DNA of 64,000 nucleotides, taken from assembly GCA_016716565.1 (NCBI GenBank), contig JADJWC010000002.1, forward strand, positions 109,858 to 173,857, given 5' to 3'. Within the stretch, counting starts at the first letter, position 1, and the number at the start of each line of letters is the position of its first letter. The notes below the pieces were generated by a model. That model searched no databases and was not told the DNA's origin. It worked only from the letters and a program-made list of their open reading frames with translations. Below are positions 55,269-64,000 of this stretch, piece by piece. Made by a program: the position numbers and the translations under genes. The stretch is from a bacterium. Lineage in GTDB: Bacteria; Bacteroidota; Ignavibacteria; Ignavibacteriales; Ignavibacteriaceae.

Positions 55269-55628
55269 TTATTCTTTTCTGAAATGGCTTTTTATTTCTT
55301 TAAGCACTTTATCAAGATTTAATAATACTTCCTGATTTTCAAATCTGATTACTTTTATTCCTTCAGCTTCAATCTGCTTTGTTCTATTCTCGTCATCTTT
55401 AATTGCTTTTTCGTCGAAGTGAAAATCTCCATCGAGTTCAATAACCAGTTTTTCTTCCGGACAGTAAAAATCAACAATAAAATTTTTTACGCTTGACTGT
55501 CTTCTGAATTTTCTTCCTTCAAACTGACTGTTCTTCAAGTATCCCCACAGAAATGCTTCAGCTTGGGTTGCATTGTTTCGAAGATGTTTTCTTTTATCCT
55601 TCAGATTCTTTCTGTTAAAAGTCTTCAT
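55269..55628 (-). CDS. DUF559 (Vsr-like endonuclease fold) protein
   Basis: FIVDFYCPEEKLVIELDGDFHFDE...IKVIRFENQEV. Flanked by GC-rich repeats on both sides. Confidence 0.7.
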   Translation of the reverse strand: MKTFNRKNLKDKRKHLRNNATQAEAFLWGYLKNSQFEGRKFRRQSSVKNFIVDFYCPEEKLVIELDGDFHFDEKAIKDDENRTKQIEAEGIKVIRFENQEVLLNLDKVLKEIKSHFRKE

Positions 55629-55656
55629 ACTTAAAATTATAAAAAGTGCAGGTTTA

Positions 55657-55774
55657 TCCCCTCCTCTCCGAGGAGGGGATGAAGGGGTGGAGGGAGAAAA
55701 AGTAGTTATTGAGTTTTAAGTATAAGCACCACCCCGTCACTTCGTGACACCCCTCCTCATAAATGAGGAGGGGA
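55657..55774. repeat. GC-rich triple-hairpin repeat, copy C (central hairpin changed compensatorily to gtcacttcgtgac)
   Basis: cccctcctctccgaggaggggatgaaggggtggaggg...caccaccccgtcacttcgtgacacccctcctcataaatgaggagggga. Confidence 0.65.
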
Positions 55775-55795
55775 TATTAATTTATTTTATAATTA

Positions 55796-57697
55796 TTATT
55801 TGAGAAGTATCATCTTTTCTGAATCGGTGAACACAGGTATATTTCTTTCGTCTATTACTTGTATCGAATAAATATACATTCCGCTTGACATATGACTGTA
55901 TGTTTTTCCCATCATCACTTCAAACTTTGTAATCTTACTTTTGTCTTCTGCATTCGGCTGAAAGACTACTTCATAATATCCTTTCTCCTGCCATTCGTTC
56001 ACTAGTATTCTTACCAACTCTCCTTTCAAATCATAAATACTTAGTCTAACGTGTCCCCTTTCTTTTAACCTGTATGGAATTTTTGTGGATGGATTAAATG
56101 GATTCGGGTAATTTGCCAGAAGTCTGTATCCGTCGTATCCTTTTGGAGGATGTTCTCCTAATCCTGTTACCAATACATTTATCTCTTCACTCGGATAGCT
56201 CTGGTTTCCCTGGTTGTCGAATGCTGTTATCACATAATAAAATCTTGTCTCTTTGTTTACCGGTGGAAGCTGATCGTAGTAAAATGTATCCGGTGTTTCT
56301 GCTATCATTTTTGTTGAATCGTAGATAAGAATTGTAACTGTATCCCTGTAAATCCTGTAATGAGAGAAATCTGCTTCTGTGTTTTTATTCCAGGTTAGTT
56401 TTACAAGTCCTTCTTCTATCGTGGCAGTTACATTATGAGGAGGGCGGGGAGCCAAATCCTCATAAGTATATGTCCAGCCGTAAGGACCACCATAAAGCCC
56501 GATGTCGCTTCTGCTTCCGTCTCTGTCAAGAATTGTTGGATCGCCTGCATCTATTAAAGGTGAATATTTCTCAAGATGAAAATCCAAATCTCCTTGTGTT
56601 GTGTCATCATTTACTACCATCGGGTCAACTGAGAGGTTTGTTGTGTCTGGTGTGAAGCCATAATAATTAATATCGTTATTCCATACGTTGTTGTATTTAA
56701 AAATCAGATTCTGTGTGCCCCAGGCTTCTATTCCTCTTTCTGCATTCGTAACAACATTATTTTTTACAGAATGATTGGGACCAATACTAATCACATATTC
56801 CAAATCTTGAAAGTTCCCTGTCGCATAGTTATTGACTATATATAGATGATTGCTTCCATTCGTATAAATTGCATCTATTCCCTGCTCTGCATAAATTTTA
56901 TTATTGAATACCCAGTTAGAGTCTGAAGCAAAACTATGCAGGAAAATGCCATCAATACCACCTTTCAGAATTATTATATTGTTTGTTATTGTTGATCTGG
57001 TACCGGGTGATTTAGTTATACCATTACTTTTAGTTTCAATATAATTAGAATCTATTACCGGTTTATAATTTGAATTATCAGCTGTTATATAAATACCTTC
57101 ACCGAGTGTCTCGGCTAATGTAAAAATATCATTTCTGCTTATTCTAGAATTAGAATTATATAATAAAACACCAATTCGTAGATTGAAATAATAATTTCTA
57201 TAAGCTTGAATATCGGAGAACCAAAGCAAAATACCTGTATTAGAATTAGAAAATTTGTTTTCTGTTATCAACCCATTTTGTCCTGTTGCGTAAATACCAT
57301 ATCCATAATTAAAGTCATTAGAAGTTCGAATATAGAACCCTGTCACAAGACAAGAATCTTTCATCGTAATTGTTTTATTGCCAGAAGGAGGGTAAATCCT
57401 GCTATCCACGACGCAGGAATCTGTTCCTGCACCAATGAGTGCTAACCCCGGTATCATCACAACCTGTTCTTGGTAAACTCCGTTGGCAACATAAATGGTA
57501 TCGCCAAAGACAGAAATGTTAATACACTTTTGTATGCTGTCTGCGGCGGTTTCCCAGCTTGTGTAGGGTGGTATGCTGCTTCCGGTTTTGCTGACAAATC
57601 TAATCGTAGCGTTAAGCGGTAAGCTGTAAGCGATAAGAAGGAAAAATAAAATCAGGAAGAGAGTTTGGTAATATTTTTTGTAGTCGTTCAAGTGCAC
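55796..57697 (-). CDS. T9SS-sorted right-handed parallel beta-helix repeat protein with FN3-like domain
   Basis: Signal anchor. Repeated NxxI beta-helix rungs. C-terminal LANYPNPFNPSTKIPYRL...MILLK. Confidence 0.65.
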   Translation of the reverse strand: MHLNDYKKYYQTLFLILFFLLIAYSLPLNATIRFVSKTGSSIPPYTSWETAADSIQKCINISVFGDTIYVANGVYQEQVVMIPGLALIGAGTDSCVVDSRIYPPSGNKTITMKDSCLVTGFYIRTSNDFNYGYGIYATGQNGLITENKFSNSNTGILLWFSDIQAYRNYYFNLRIGVLLYNSNSRISRNDIFTLAETLGEGIYITADNSNYKPVIDSNYIETKSNGITKSPGTRSTITNNIIILKGGIDGIFLHSFASDSNWVFNNKIYAEQGIDAIYTNGSNHLYIVNNYATGNFQDLEYVISIGPNHSVKNNVVTNAERGIEAWGTQNLIFKYNNVWNNDINYYGFTPDTTNLSVDPMVVNDDTTQGDLDFHLEKYSPLIDAGDPTILDRDGSRSDIGLYGGPYGWTYTYEDLAPRPPHNVTATIEEGLVKLTWNKNTEADFSHYRIYRDTVTILIYDSTKMIAETPDTFYYDQLPPVNKETRFYYVITAFDNQGNQSYPSEEINVLVTGLGEHPPKGYDGYRLLANYPNPFNPSTKIPYRLKERGHVRLSIYDLKGELVRILVNEWQEKGYYEVVFQPNAEDKSKITKFEVMMGKTYSHMSSGMYIYSIQVIDERNIPVFTDSEKMILLK

Positions 57698-57753
57698 ACT
57701 CTCAAATTCGTTTATATAAATATTTTTTAAAATAAAAGAGTAATAACACTATT

Positions 57754-57870
57754 CCCCTCCTGCCAGAGGAGGGGACGAAGGGGTGGAGGGAGAAAAATCA
57801 TTATCGTGTTTTTAACTAAACACCACCCCGTCCGGCAATTGCCGGACACCCCTCCTCAAAGAGGAGGGGA
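57754..57870. repeat. GC-rich triple-hairpin repeat, copy D
   Basis: cccctcctgccagaggaggggacgaaggggtggaggg...caccaccccgtccggcaattgccggacacccctcctcaaagaggagggga. About 90% identical to copy B, with paired changes in stems. Confidence 0.65.
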
Positions 57871-57887
57871 TTTTTATTTTTAAATTT

Positions 57888-59741
57888 TTATTTAATCAGC
57901 ATCATCTTTCGCGTCAGCTCGGTGCTGCCGGAAATAATTCTGTACAAATACAATCCGCTGCTCAGTTTTTCAGCATTAAAATTAACTTCGTGAACTCCTG
58001 CAGGATATTTTCCTTCTGCTACTGTTGCAACCTCTGTTCCTAATGCATCGAATACTTTCAATGTAATATATGAAGCTTCAGGCAGTTGGAAGCTAATTGT
58101 TGTTGTTGGGTTGAACGGATTGGGATAGTTCTGACTGAGTGCAAATTCTTTCACAGTAAATAAATTCACTTCCAGCTCATTTGAATAATTTACAGCACCA
58201 TCATAATCAACCTGCTTCAAACGGTAGTGATATGTTCCGTCATAGAAAAGTCTGTCTTCAAACTGATATAAATTTCTTTCGGTTGAGTTGCCGTGTCCCT
58301 CAACGAATCCAATTTCAATCCATTCACTCTCTTCTTCTGCTTGATTCAAATCTCTTCTTTCAATATAGAATCCGAGGTTGTTTAGTTCACTTGAAGTCTG
58401 CCAGGATAAAAAGACTTTTCCGTCTTCTGCATTTGCAGCAAAATTATTCAGCTCAACCGGAATTGTTATTGAGTCTTCAATGATTGAAACCCAAACACTC
58501 AGACTGGTCTGAAGCCGCATCCATATCGGATAAATCTTTCCATCTAAAGCCGCAATGTTTGTGTAATCACCAAAGAATACTCCGGATGTTGGTGTAAAAG
58601 AACTTTCACTGATCTTGAAGTTATCAAAAGTAGCGCCGCCGTCAGTTGATTTTGCAACAAAGACATCGGTTGCAGCACCGGTTGTGTTTCTTCTATCATA
58701 AAAAACAAACCATAAATGACCGGTTGAAGGATCAATGGTTGACCAAACAAAAAACTGATGACGGGTTGTGTTATCGTTGTTGACTTTTATCGGAGAAGTC
58801 CACGTATTACCACCGTTTGTTGATCTTGCCATAAAAATATCAGTATCAGTTGCACCATTTCTCTGATCTGACCAAACCACATAAACATTTCCTCTGTAAG
58901 GTGAATTGCTGATATCACACATTGTAATCGGGAGTCCGTTGCATCTGTAAATTCCTGAAACCTCAAAATCCCAACCGCCGGGAATATCGGAAACAAAAAT
59001 ATCCTGTCCCCAAGTTTGACCACCATCAAGTGATTTATCGAATACGATTCCAACCGGACCAGCCCACGCAACATAAACTTCGCCATTTGGTCCAACACAA
59101 GGAACTGCACCTTCAGTTGTATGATCGCTGTCTATACAATTTCCACTGACATCACTTATTACTTTTGTCGGGCTCCATGATAAACCATAATCGGTTGATT
59201 TTGAAAATCTTATTCTCGAACTATCCGACTGATTTGAACTGCCATAGTCATCGAACTCAGTCCACGTGGCATATATTGTTCCCCTGTATGGAGATTGCGA
59301 ATGATCTACCGCCAGCCATTCCTTATCCTGTGCTTGAGGTGAGATACCCTGATAAATTCCTACTCCACCATTCCAGCTGAGTCCGTTATTAGTTGACCTT
59401 TGCACAACTATTCTATCAATCCACCAGCCTGATATCGGGTTAGAAAGATGTGAATAATAAAGATTACCAAGGCTGTCAAATAAGACGACGGGATCGCCCC
59501 AGACTCCGAGAGAACTTGAAACCATTTGAGATTCCGTCCAGGTTAATCCGCCATTAGTTGAGCGATAAAAACAATTAATGTTTGCTCCTGCGGCAAGTAT
59601 ATTCGGATTAAGAGGATTGATGGCAATCGTAACTTCGTTTGGACTGCCGCTGTTATCAACCAGTATATTTGGATACTGAGAAAAGAGATTAACCGAAGTT
59701 AACAATACAATAAGAAGAGAAATGTTAAGAATTTTTTTCAT
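57888..59741 (-). CDS. T9SS-sorted BNR/Asp-box repeat (sialidase-like beta-propeller) protein
   Basis: STNGGLTW, STNNGLSW, STDYGLSW, LDGGQTW, STNGGNTW, STDGGATF boxes. C-terminal SQNYPNPFNPTTTISFQL...MMLIK. Confidence 0.7.
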   Translation of the reverse strand: MKKILNISLLIVLLTSVNLFSQYPNILVDNSGSPNEVTIAINPLNPNILAAGANINCFYRSTNGGLTWTESQMVSSSLGVWGDPVVLFDSLGNLYYSHLSNPISGWWIDRIVVQRSTNNGLSWNGGVGIYQGISPQAQDKEWLAVDHSQSPYRGTIYATWTEFDDYGSSNQSDSSRIRFSKSTDYGLSWSPTKVISDVSGNCIDSDHTTEGAVPCVGPNGEVYVAWAGPVGIVFDKSLDGGQTWGQDIFVSDIPGGWDFEVSGIYRCNGLPITMCDISNSPYRGNVYVVWSDQRNGATDTDIFMARSTNGGNTWTSPIKVNNDNTTRHQFFVWSTIDPSTGHLWFVFYDRRNTTGAATDVFVAKSTDGGATFDNFKISESSFTPTSGVFFGDYTNIAALDGKIYPIWMRLQTSLSVWVSIIEDSITIPVELNNFAANAEDGKVFLSWQTSSELNNLGFYIERRDLNQAEEESEWIEIGFVEGHGNSTERNLYQFEDRLFYDGTYHYRLKQVDYDGAVNYSNELEVNLFTVKEFALSQNYPNPFNPTTTISFQLPEASYITLKVFDALGTEVATVAEGKYPAGVHEVNFNAEKLSSGLYLYRIISGSTELTRKMMLIK

Positions 59742-59808
59742 TCTGATTCCTGTTGAAATTTAGTTTAAATTTAATTGTTAATAAATATCTGATAGATCTA
59801 TAAAAGTT

Positions 59809-61176
59809 TTATTCCTTTATCAATTTGTTTTTAACCCGTCCGCCTTTTTTCATTGGATCGTCAGGATATCCAAGTTCTTTCCAGTTGAGCAATCCTTCAC
59901 CGCCTTTTCCGTGGCAGGAAGTACATTTAAGAGCGTTGTCTGCACTCATCACCATATGATTGATTGGCCAGTACATTTTTGTTTCAATGAAATCTACCGT
60001 ACCGGAAAATTCCTGATTTATCTGCTGCATTCCTCTTGTCGACGCAGTGACCCAATCAGATGTACTTGCGTAACTTTCTTCTCCAAAAATTCTCGGGATG
60101 ATAAGATTTTTATTTACAGGATCGTAAGGTTGTTTAGATTTAACAACTTTGAAAGGAGAAATTTTTGATTTTGGATTTGAAATTTTACCTGCTGGTTTGT
60201 TTATGTCAATCACTTTTGACTTTTCAATTTTTTCACCAAGCTCATAATAATCTGAAGAACCATCACTCCAGTAATACTCCGGTTTTATATTTTTTGACCA
60301 TACGAGTTCGCCGAAATTTTTAAAGTAAGTTTCCTGACCGTATTCATCTTTTGTTGATTCCCTGTCTTCACCTGCTTTTGACCAATCCCAGAAAGTAACT
60401 GTTGGTTCTGTTCTTGCATAAGTTGGAATATGACAGGTTTGACACGCAACCGCTGATGAATGATTGTTCAAGTTTTCCTTTTTGTGAGGATTTGCATCGT
60501 GACAATTTTCGCAAGCTACAGGACTTTCTCCTGCTTCATTTTTAAGTGAGATATTATGCGCTTCACTTTCGTGACAATCGGAACAACCGAATCCCAATCC
60601 GCCGAGATGATAATCAATTTCTTCGGACGGACTGAGAAGACTTGCATCCATCGCTCCGCTTCGTAAAAGAACTCCCCCGCTTCCACTGAAATGACAGGTC
60701 GCACAATTTTCTGTTTTTGGTTTACCAACACTTTGAGCCACTGCAAGTAAGTCAACATCTGCTTCAGAAATTCCTGAACCGAACGGCAATCTCTTGTAAG
60801 TACCCGTTTGATCATGACAAACAAGACAATCAATATTTTCCGCTGAATTAAACTCAAATGATTCATCCATTCCTGCAAATGGAACATGGCAGGATACACA
60901 CTGACTTGAACTATCAGTGACAAACAAACAAAAATTATTTATCGGTACATATTTCCCGTTAACTAACTCTGGTTTGAATTTGGCCGATGTTGCACTCGAA
61001 AGCCAGTTCCAATGATTGGATTGCAACACTTGCTCTCCCATATCATCGTGACACATCAGACATTCAGCAGTGACATCCATTGGTGAATCATAAGGTCCGG
61101 AAACGTTTTCTTTATGATCCTGGGAAAATGATGATTGGGAAATAATCAGCAGTGGGATGAGAAACAACTTTTTCAT
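59809..61176 (-). CDS. secreted octaheme c-type cytochrome
   Basis: Signal peptide. Eight CxxCH motifs (CLMCH, CVSCH, CLVCH, CATCH, CSDCH, CENCH, CQTCH, CTSCH). Confidence 0.75.
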   Translation of the reverse strand: MKKLFLIPLLIISQSSFSQDHKENVSGPYDSPMDVTAECLMCHDDMGEQVLQSNHWNWLSSATSAKFKPELVNGKYVPINNFCLFVTDSSSQCVSCHVPFAGMDESFEFNSAENIDCLVCHDQTGTYKRLPFGSGISEADVDLLAVAQSVGKPKTENCATCHFSGSGGVLLRSGAMDASLLSPSEEIDYHLGGLGFGCSDCHESEAHNISLKNEAGESPVACENCHDANPHKKENLNNHSSAVACQTCHIPTYARTEPTVTFWDWSKAGEDRESTKDEYGQETYFKNFGELVWSKNIKPEYYWSDGSSDYYELGEKIEKSKVIDINKPAGKISNPKSKISPFKVVKSKQPYDPVNKNLIIPRIFGEESYASTSDWVTASTRGMQQINQEFSGTVDFIETKMYWPINHMVMSADNALKCTSCHGKGGEGLLNWKELGYPDDPMKKGGRVKNKLIKE

Positions 61177-61364
61177 ATAGATTTAATATTTGTCAATTAT
61201 TATGAAAAATTATTAAGAGAAATTTACCAACTTTTTTAGGTTAAAAGTATCTTAATTTCTTTTATTTATTAAAGAAACAAGAGTTATTGCAGAAGTTTCA
61301 GTGGAATAAATATTGCAATTCACAGTTATTTGGAATAAGTTTTAAGAAATAATTATTCACAACT

Positions 61365-62333
61365 GTGCAAATAATAAAAAACATATTGCTGCTTTATTTG
61401 CTTTTATCCTCATCTGTTGTACTTGCTCAGAATTCTACAATACCACATCCCGGATCTCCAATATTTTCTTCATCGGCAAGCATTTATTCCGATCATTATT
61501 TTTCAACACTAATTGATAATGAAATAAATGCATCACCCAAAATGAAACTTGCGATGGCAAGTCAACCAATTTTTGTAAACAGCGAAAGCCCTTTGATCGA
61601 TGGTACAATTTGGAGAGCAAATTCCGACATCGACTATTTGAGATTAAGTTCTATCGGCGGACTGATGCTTGCTGCAAATCTCATTGCACTTGATTATCAG
61701 ATGGATATCTGGTATAGCGAAAAAACAACAGGCTTTCATTCACTCGATTTAGTTGAGGATTGGGGAAAATACCAGCAGATGGATAAGTTCGGTCACTTTA
61801 CTGATGCATACTTTACAAGTGATCTTTCCGGAAAAATTTATCGCTGGTCAGGAATGTCAGGCAACACTTCTGTCTGGCTTGGTGCATTGACCGGATGGTT
61901 GTGGATGCTTGAGATTGAGTTGAACGATGCATTTATGGCTGAATGGGGCTTTAGCTGGGGTGATATGCTTGCAAATACCGCAGGCTCAACATTCTATGTG
62001 CTTCAGCAATTCAACTATGATCTGCTTGGCGGAATTCATCCAAAATTCAGCTGGCATAAATCCGATGCCTGGAAAGAGATGAGATACAATCGTGATCCAA
62101 AAGCTCTGATTGAAGATTATGAAGGGATGACTTTTTGGGTAACAGTAAATCCACATCATTATTTTCCAGATAGTTGGAAGAAAACTTACCCTGAATGGCT
62201 TGCACCGCTTGGGCTTGCTTTCGGTGTCAGTGCAAAGATATCGGAATTAATCCATGGGGCGGATACCAGGAATATTTCTTCGGACTCGATGTTGATCTTA
62301 GAAAATTACCAATCTGGGGAGATTCCGGACTGA
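61365..62333 (+). CDS. hypothetical secreted protein
   Basis: Signal peptide. Trp-rich. No confident family assignment. Confidence 0.45.
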   Translation: MQIIKNILLLYLLLSSSVVLAQNSTIPHPGSPIFSSSASIYSDHYFSTLIDNEINASPKMKLAMASQPIFVNSESPLIDGTIWRANSDIDYLRLSSIGGLMLAANLIALDYQMDIWYSEKTTGFHSLDLVEDWGKYQQMDKFGHFTDAYFTSDLSGKIYRWSGMSGNTSVWLGALTGWLWMLEIELNDAFMAEWGFSWGDMLANTAGSTFYVLQQFNYDLLGGIHPKFSWHKSDAWKEMRYNRDPKALIEDYEGMTFWVTVNPHHYFPDSWKKTYPEWLAPLGLAFGVSAKISELIHGADTRNISSDSMLILENYQSGEIPD

Positions 62334-62539
62334 TGAAATTTATTGTGAGTGAAGTTAACTTCCTCCGTCTGCCTATGCCGACAATTCGCTTTTCACCACA
62401 GGGAACGTGGTTCGGATTTTATTTTTAATAACACACTTTTAACGCAATCCTTACAAGCTGTGCTCACTGCAATATTAGTTTACTGATTTATTACTGATAT
62501 TTACTTTCAATAAAAAATATTTATTGGAAGGGATTAAAA

Positions 62540-63490
62540 ATGTCAGTAATGGATGCAAAAAAAAATCAATTCAACAAAAAAGCTTTTAGAGATTATATTT
62601 TTATCACAATCGGTGCCGCAATTATGGCACTCGGTATTGGAATTTTTCTTGTTGATGCTAAAGTTGTACCAGGAGGTGTCAGTGGATTATCAATGGCAAT
62701 TTATTATCTGACAGGCGGTGCATTCCCGATTGGTGTTACTATCTGGCTTCTTAATATTCCACTATTCATCTGGGGAGTGAAAGAGCTCGGGACACAGTTC
62801 GGTGCAAGAACATTTTTTGGATTTACTTTGAATTCATTCTTTATCGATTTCTTTAGGGGTGAACTTCCGGGATTCAGTTTTATTCAGCTTCAAAACACCG
62901 AAACAATAATGAGACTGCGACAAGATGATTTTCTATTTTTGATTTTGCTCGGTGCTGCACTACTTGGAATTGGATTAGGTCTGGTTTTCAAATTCAGAGG
63001 ATCAACTGCTGGAAGTGATATTGTCGCGGCGATAATGCAAAAAAGATTCGGCATCAAACCAGGAATGGCAATTATGATAATTGATTTCTTCGTAATTGTA
63101 ATTGCAGGATTTATAATAGAACTAAAAGATCTTGCTGGTGACAGAAGTGCAATGACACTTACACTTTACGCTTTGTTTCTGCTTTTTGTTTCGGGCAGAC
63201 TTGTCGATGCGATCATTGATGGCTTTGATTATGCTCGTGCTGCATATATAATCTCTGATAAAAACGATGAAATTGCCAAAGTAATTATGAAGGATTTTAG
63301 CAGAGGAGCAACGGCTGTTAAAGCCCGTGGTCTTTATAGAAATGTTGACAGAGAAATTATTTTTACCGTTGTGGCTTTAAGAGAACTCGGAAAACTTACA
63401 CATACAATTAAGCAAATTGACCCTCAAGCTTTTGTTACAGTCAATAATGTTCACGAAGTATTGGGAGAAGGATTCAGAAGAAGAATTTAG
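62540..63490 (+). CDS. YitT-family membrane protein (DUF161 + DUF2179)
   Basis: GGVSGLSMAIYYLTG repeat units. Soluble DUF2179-like C-terminal domain. Confidence 0.7.
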   Translation: MSVMDAKKNQFNKKAFRDYIFITIGAAIMALGIGIFLVDAKVVPGGVSGLSMAIYYLTGGAFPIGVTIWLLNIPLFIWGVKELGTQFGARTFFGFTLNSFFIDFFRGELPGFSFIQLQNTETIMRLRQDDFLFLILLGAALLGIGLGLVFKFRGSTAGSDIVAAIMQKRFGIKPGMAIMIIDFFVIVIAGFIIELKDLAGDRSAMTLTLYALFLLFVSGRLVDAIIDGFDYARAAYIISDKNDEIAKVIMKDFSRGATAVKARGLYRNVDREIIFTVVALRELGKLTHTIKQIDPQAFVTVNNVHEVLGEGFRRRI

Positions 63491-63574
63491 TTTTTTATAT
63501 CCAACGGAACATACTTCTCTCGCAAACGTCTGAAATTTATAATTCTATTTTGTCTTTAACAATCGGAGGATCAA

Positions 63575-64000
63575 ATGGGAAAATTTTATCTAAAATTAAT
63601 GCTTGGCTGCCTTAGTTTATTCTTCATCTTCACTAACGCAAATGCACAGGAAAACCTAAAAGAAAAATTAAACAAAATTGAAGGTTCAGTCGATAAGATC
63701 ACTATCACAGCCGATGGCAAAGAGTATTCATTTGAAGGTGATGAGGCTGAAAAACTTTTTAAAAATTTAAAGCGGAGCTCAAATCACAGTTTTATGTGGA
63801 ATACTTCGGAGGACAAATCGGGAAAGAAAAAAGTAATAATACTCGATGCAGATTCAGATAGTGATGAAATAGAAATTGAGAGCGATGATGATAACATAGT
63901 AATCGTAAAAACTGATGGTGATTTTGATGATGTGTCAGACGGTATTCAGAAAAAAGTAAAAGTAGAAGTTGAAGACGGAAATAAAACCGTTACTGTAACG
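63575..64000 (+). CDS. hypothetical secreted protein, 3'-truncated by window end
   Basis: ATG with signal peptide MGKFYLKLMLGCLSLFFIFTNANA. Open to the end of the window. Confidence 0.4.
   Translation, partial: MGKFYLKLMLGCLSLFFIFTNANAQENLKEKLNKIEGSVDKITITADGKEYSFEGDEAEKLFKNLKRSSNHSFMWNTSEDKSGKKKVIILDADSDSDEIEIESDDDNIVIVKTDGDFDDVSDGIQKKVKVEVEDGNKTVTVT

Noticed and set aside
55137-57870. Possible CRISPR array, suggested by repeated GC-rich palindromes
   Set aside because: There are only three copies, separated by whole genes of 0.4-2 kb. The repeats are ~118 bp and internally variable. There are no cas genes. They are MITE/REP-like, not CRISPR.

Overview
AT-rich (~35% GC) chromosomal segment, probably from an FCB-group bacterium (Bacteroidota/Ignavibacteria-like). 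Supporting this: five large secreted proteins end in the T9SS C-terminal sorting motif (NYPNPFNP...), and there is a Bacteroidetes-type hybrid two-component system with an AraC output domain. Gene content is mostly ordinary: multiheme cytochromes, two vWA proteins, a tricorn-like protease, a GH13 amylase, an S8 peptidase, FTCD, ornithine aminotransferase, beta-carbonic anhydrase, sensor kinases, PAP2 and PP2C phosphatases.

The outstanding locus is 27.7-34.8 kb, an expanded Rtc RNA-repair module. rtcR (CARF + sigma54 activator; its N-terminus is in a different frame) is transcribed divergently from a minus-strand unit. That unit reads: candidate sigma54 promoter, an aberrant tRNA-like gene, a small ORF, an SPFH/band-7 protein, rtcA, an array of 14 tightly packed tRNA genes, rtcB, then a terminator. 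Several tRNAs in the array look non-canonical when folded by hand. One has anticodon UAU (Ile). One has no GG in its D-loop. The Thr and His copies have mismatched acceptor stems. A second, canonical tRNA-Thr(UGU) sits 4.5 kb away.

Two families of small palindromic repeats occur. One is GC-rich with three hairpins (~118 bp). Three copies flank a DUF559 gene and a T9SS gene, and a compact 80-bp relative is inserted in-frame inside the HATPase domain of the hybrid sensor kinase. The other is a TGTCAT...ATGACA family around the vWA genes. Two regulators (the HTCS and RtcR) each have their N-terminal ~60 codons in a different reading frame. No rRNA, CRISPR or obvious prophage was seen.
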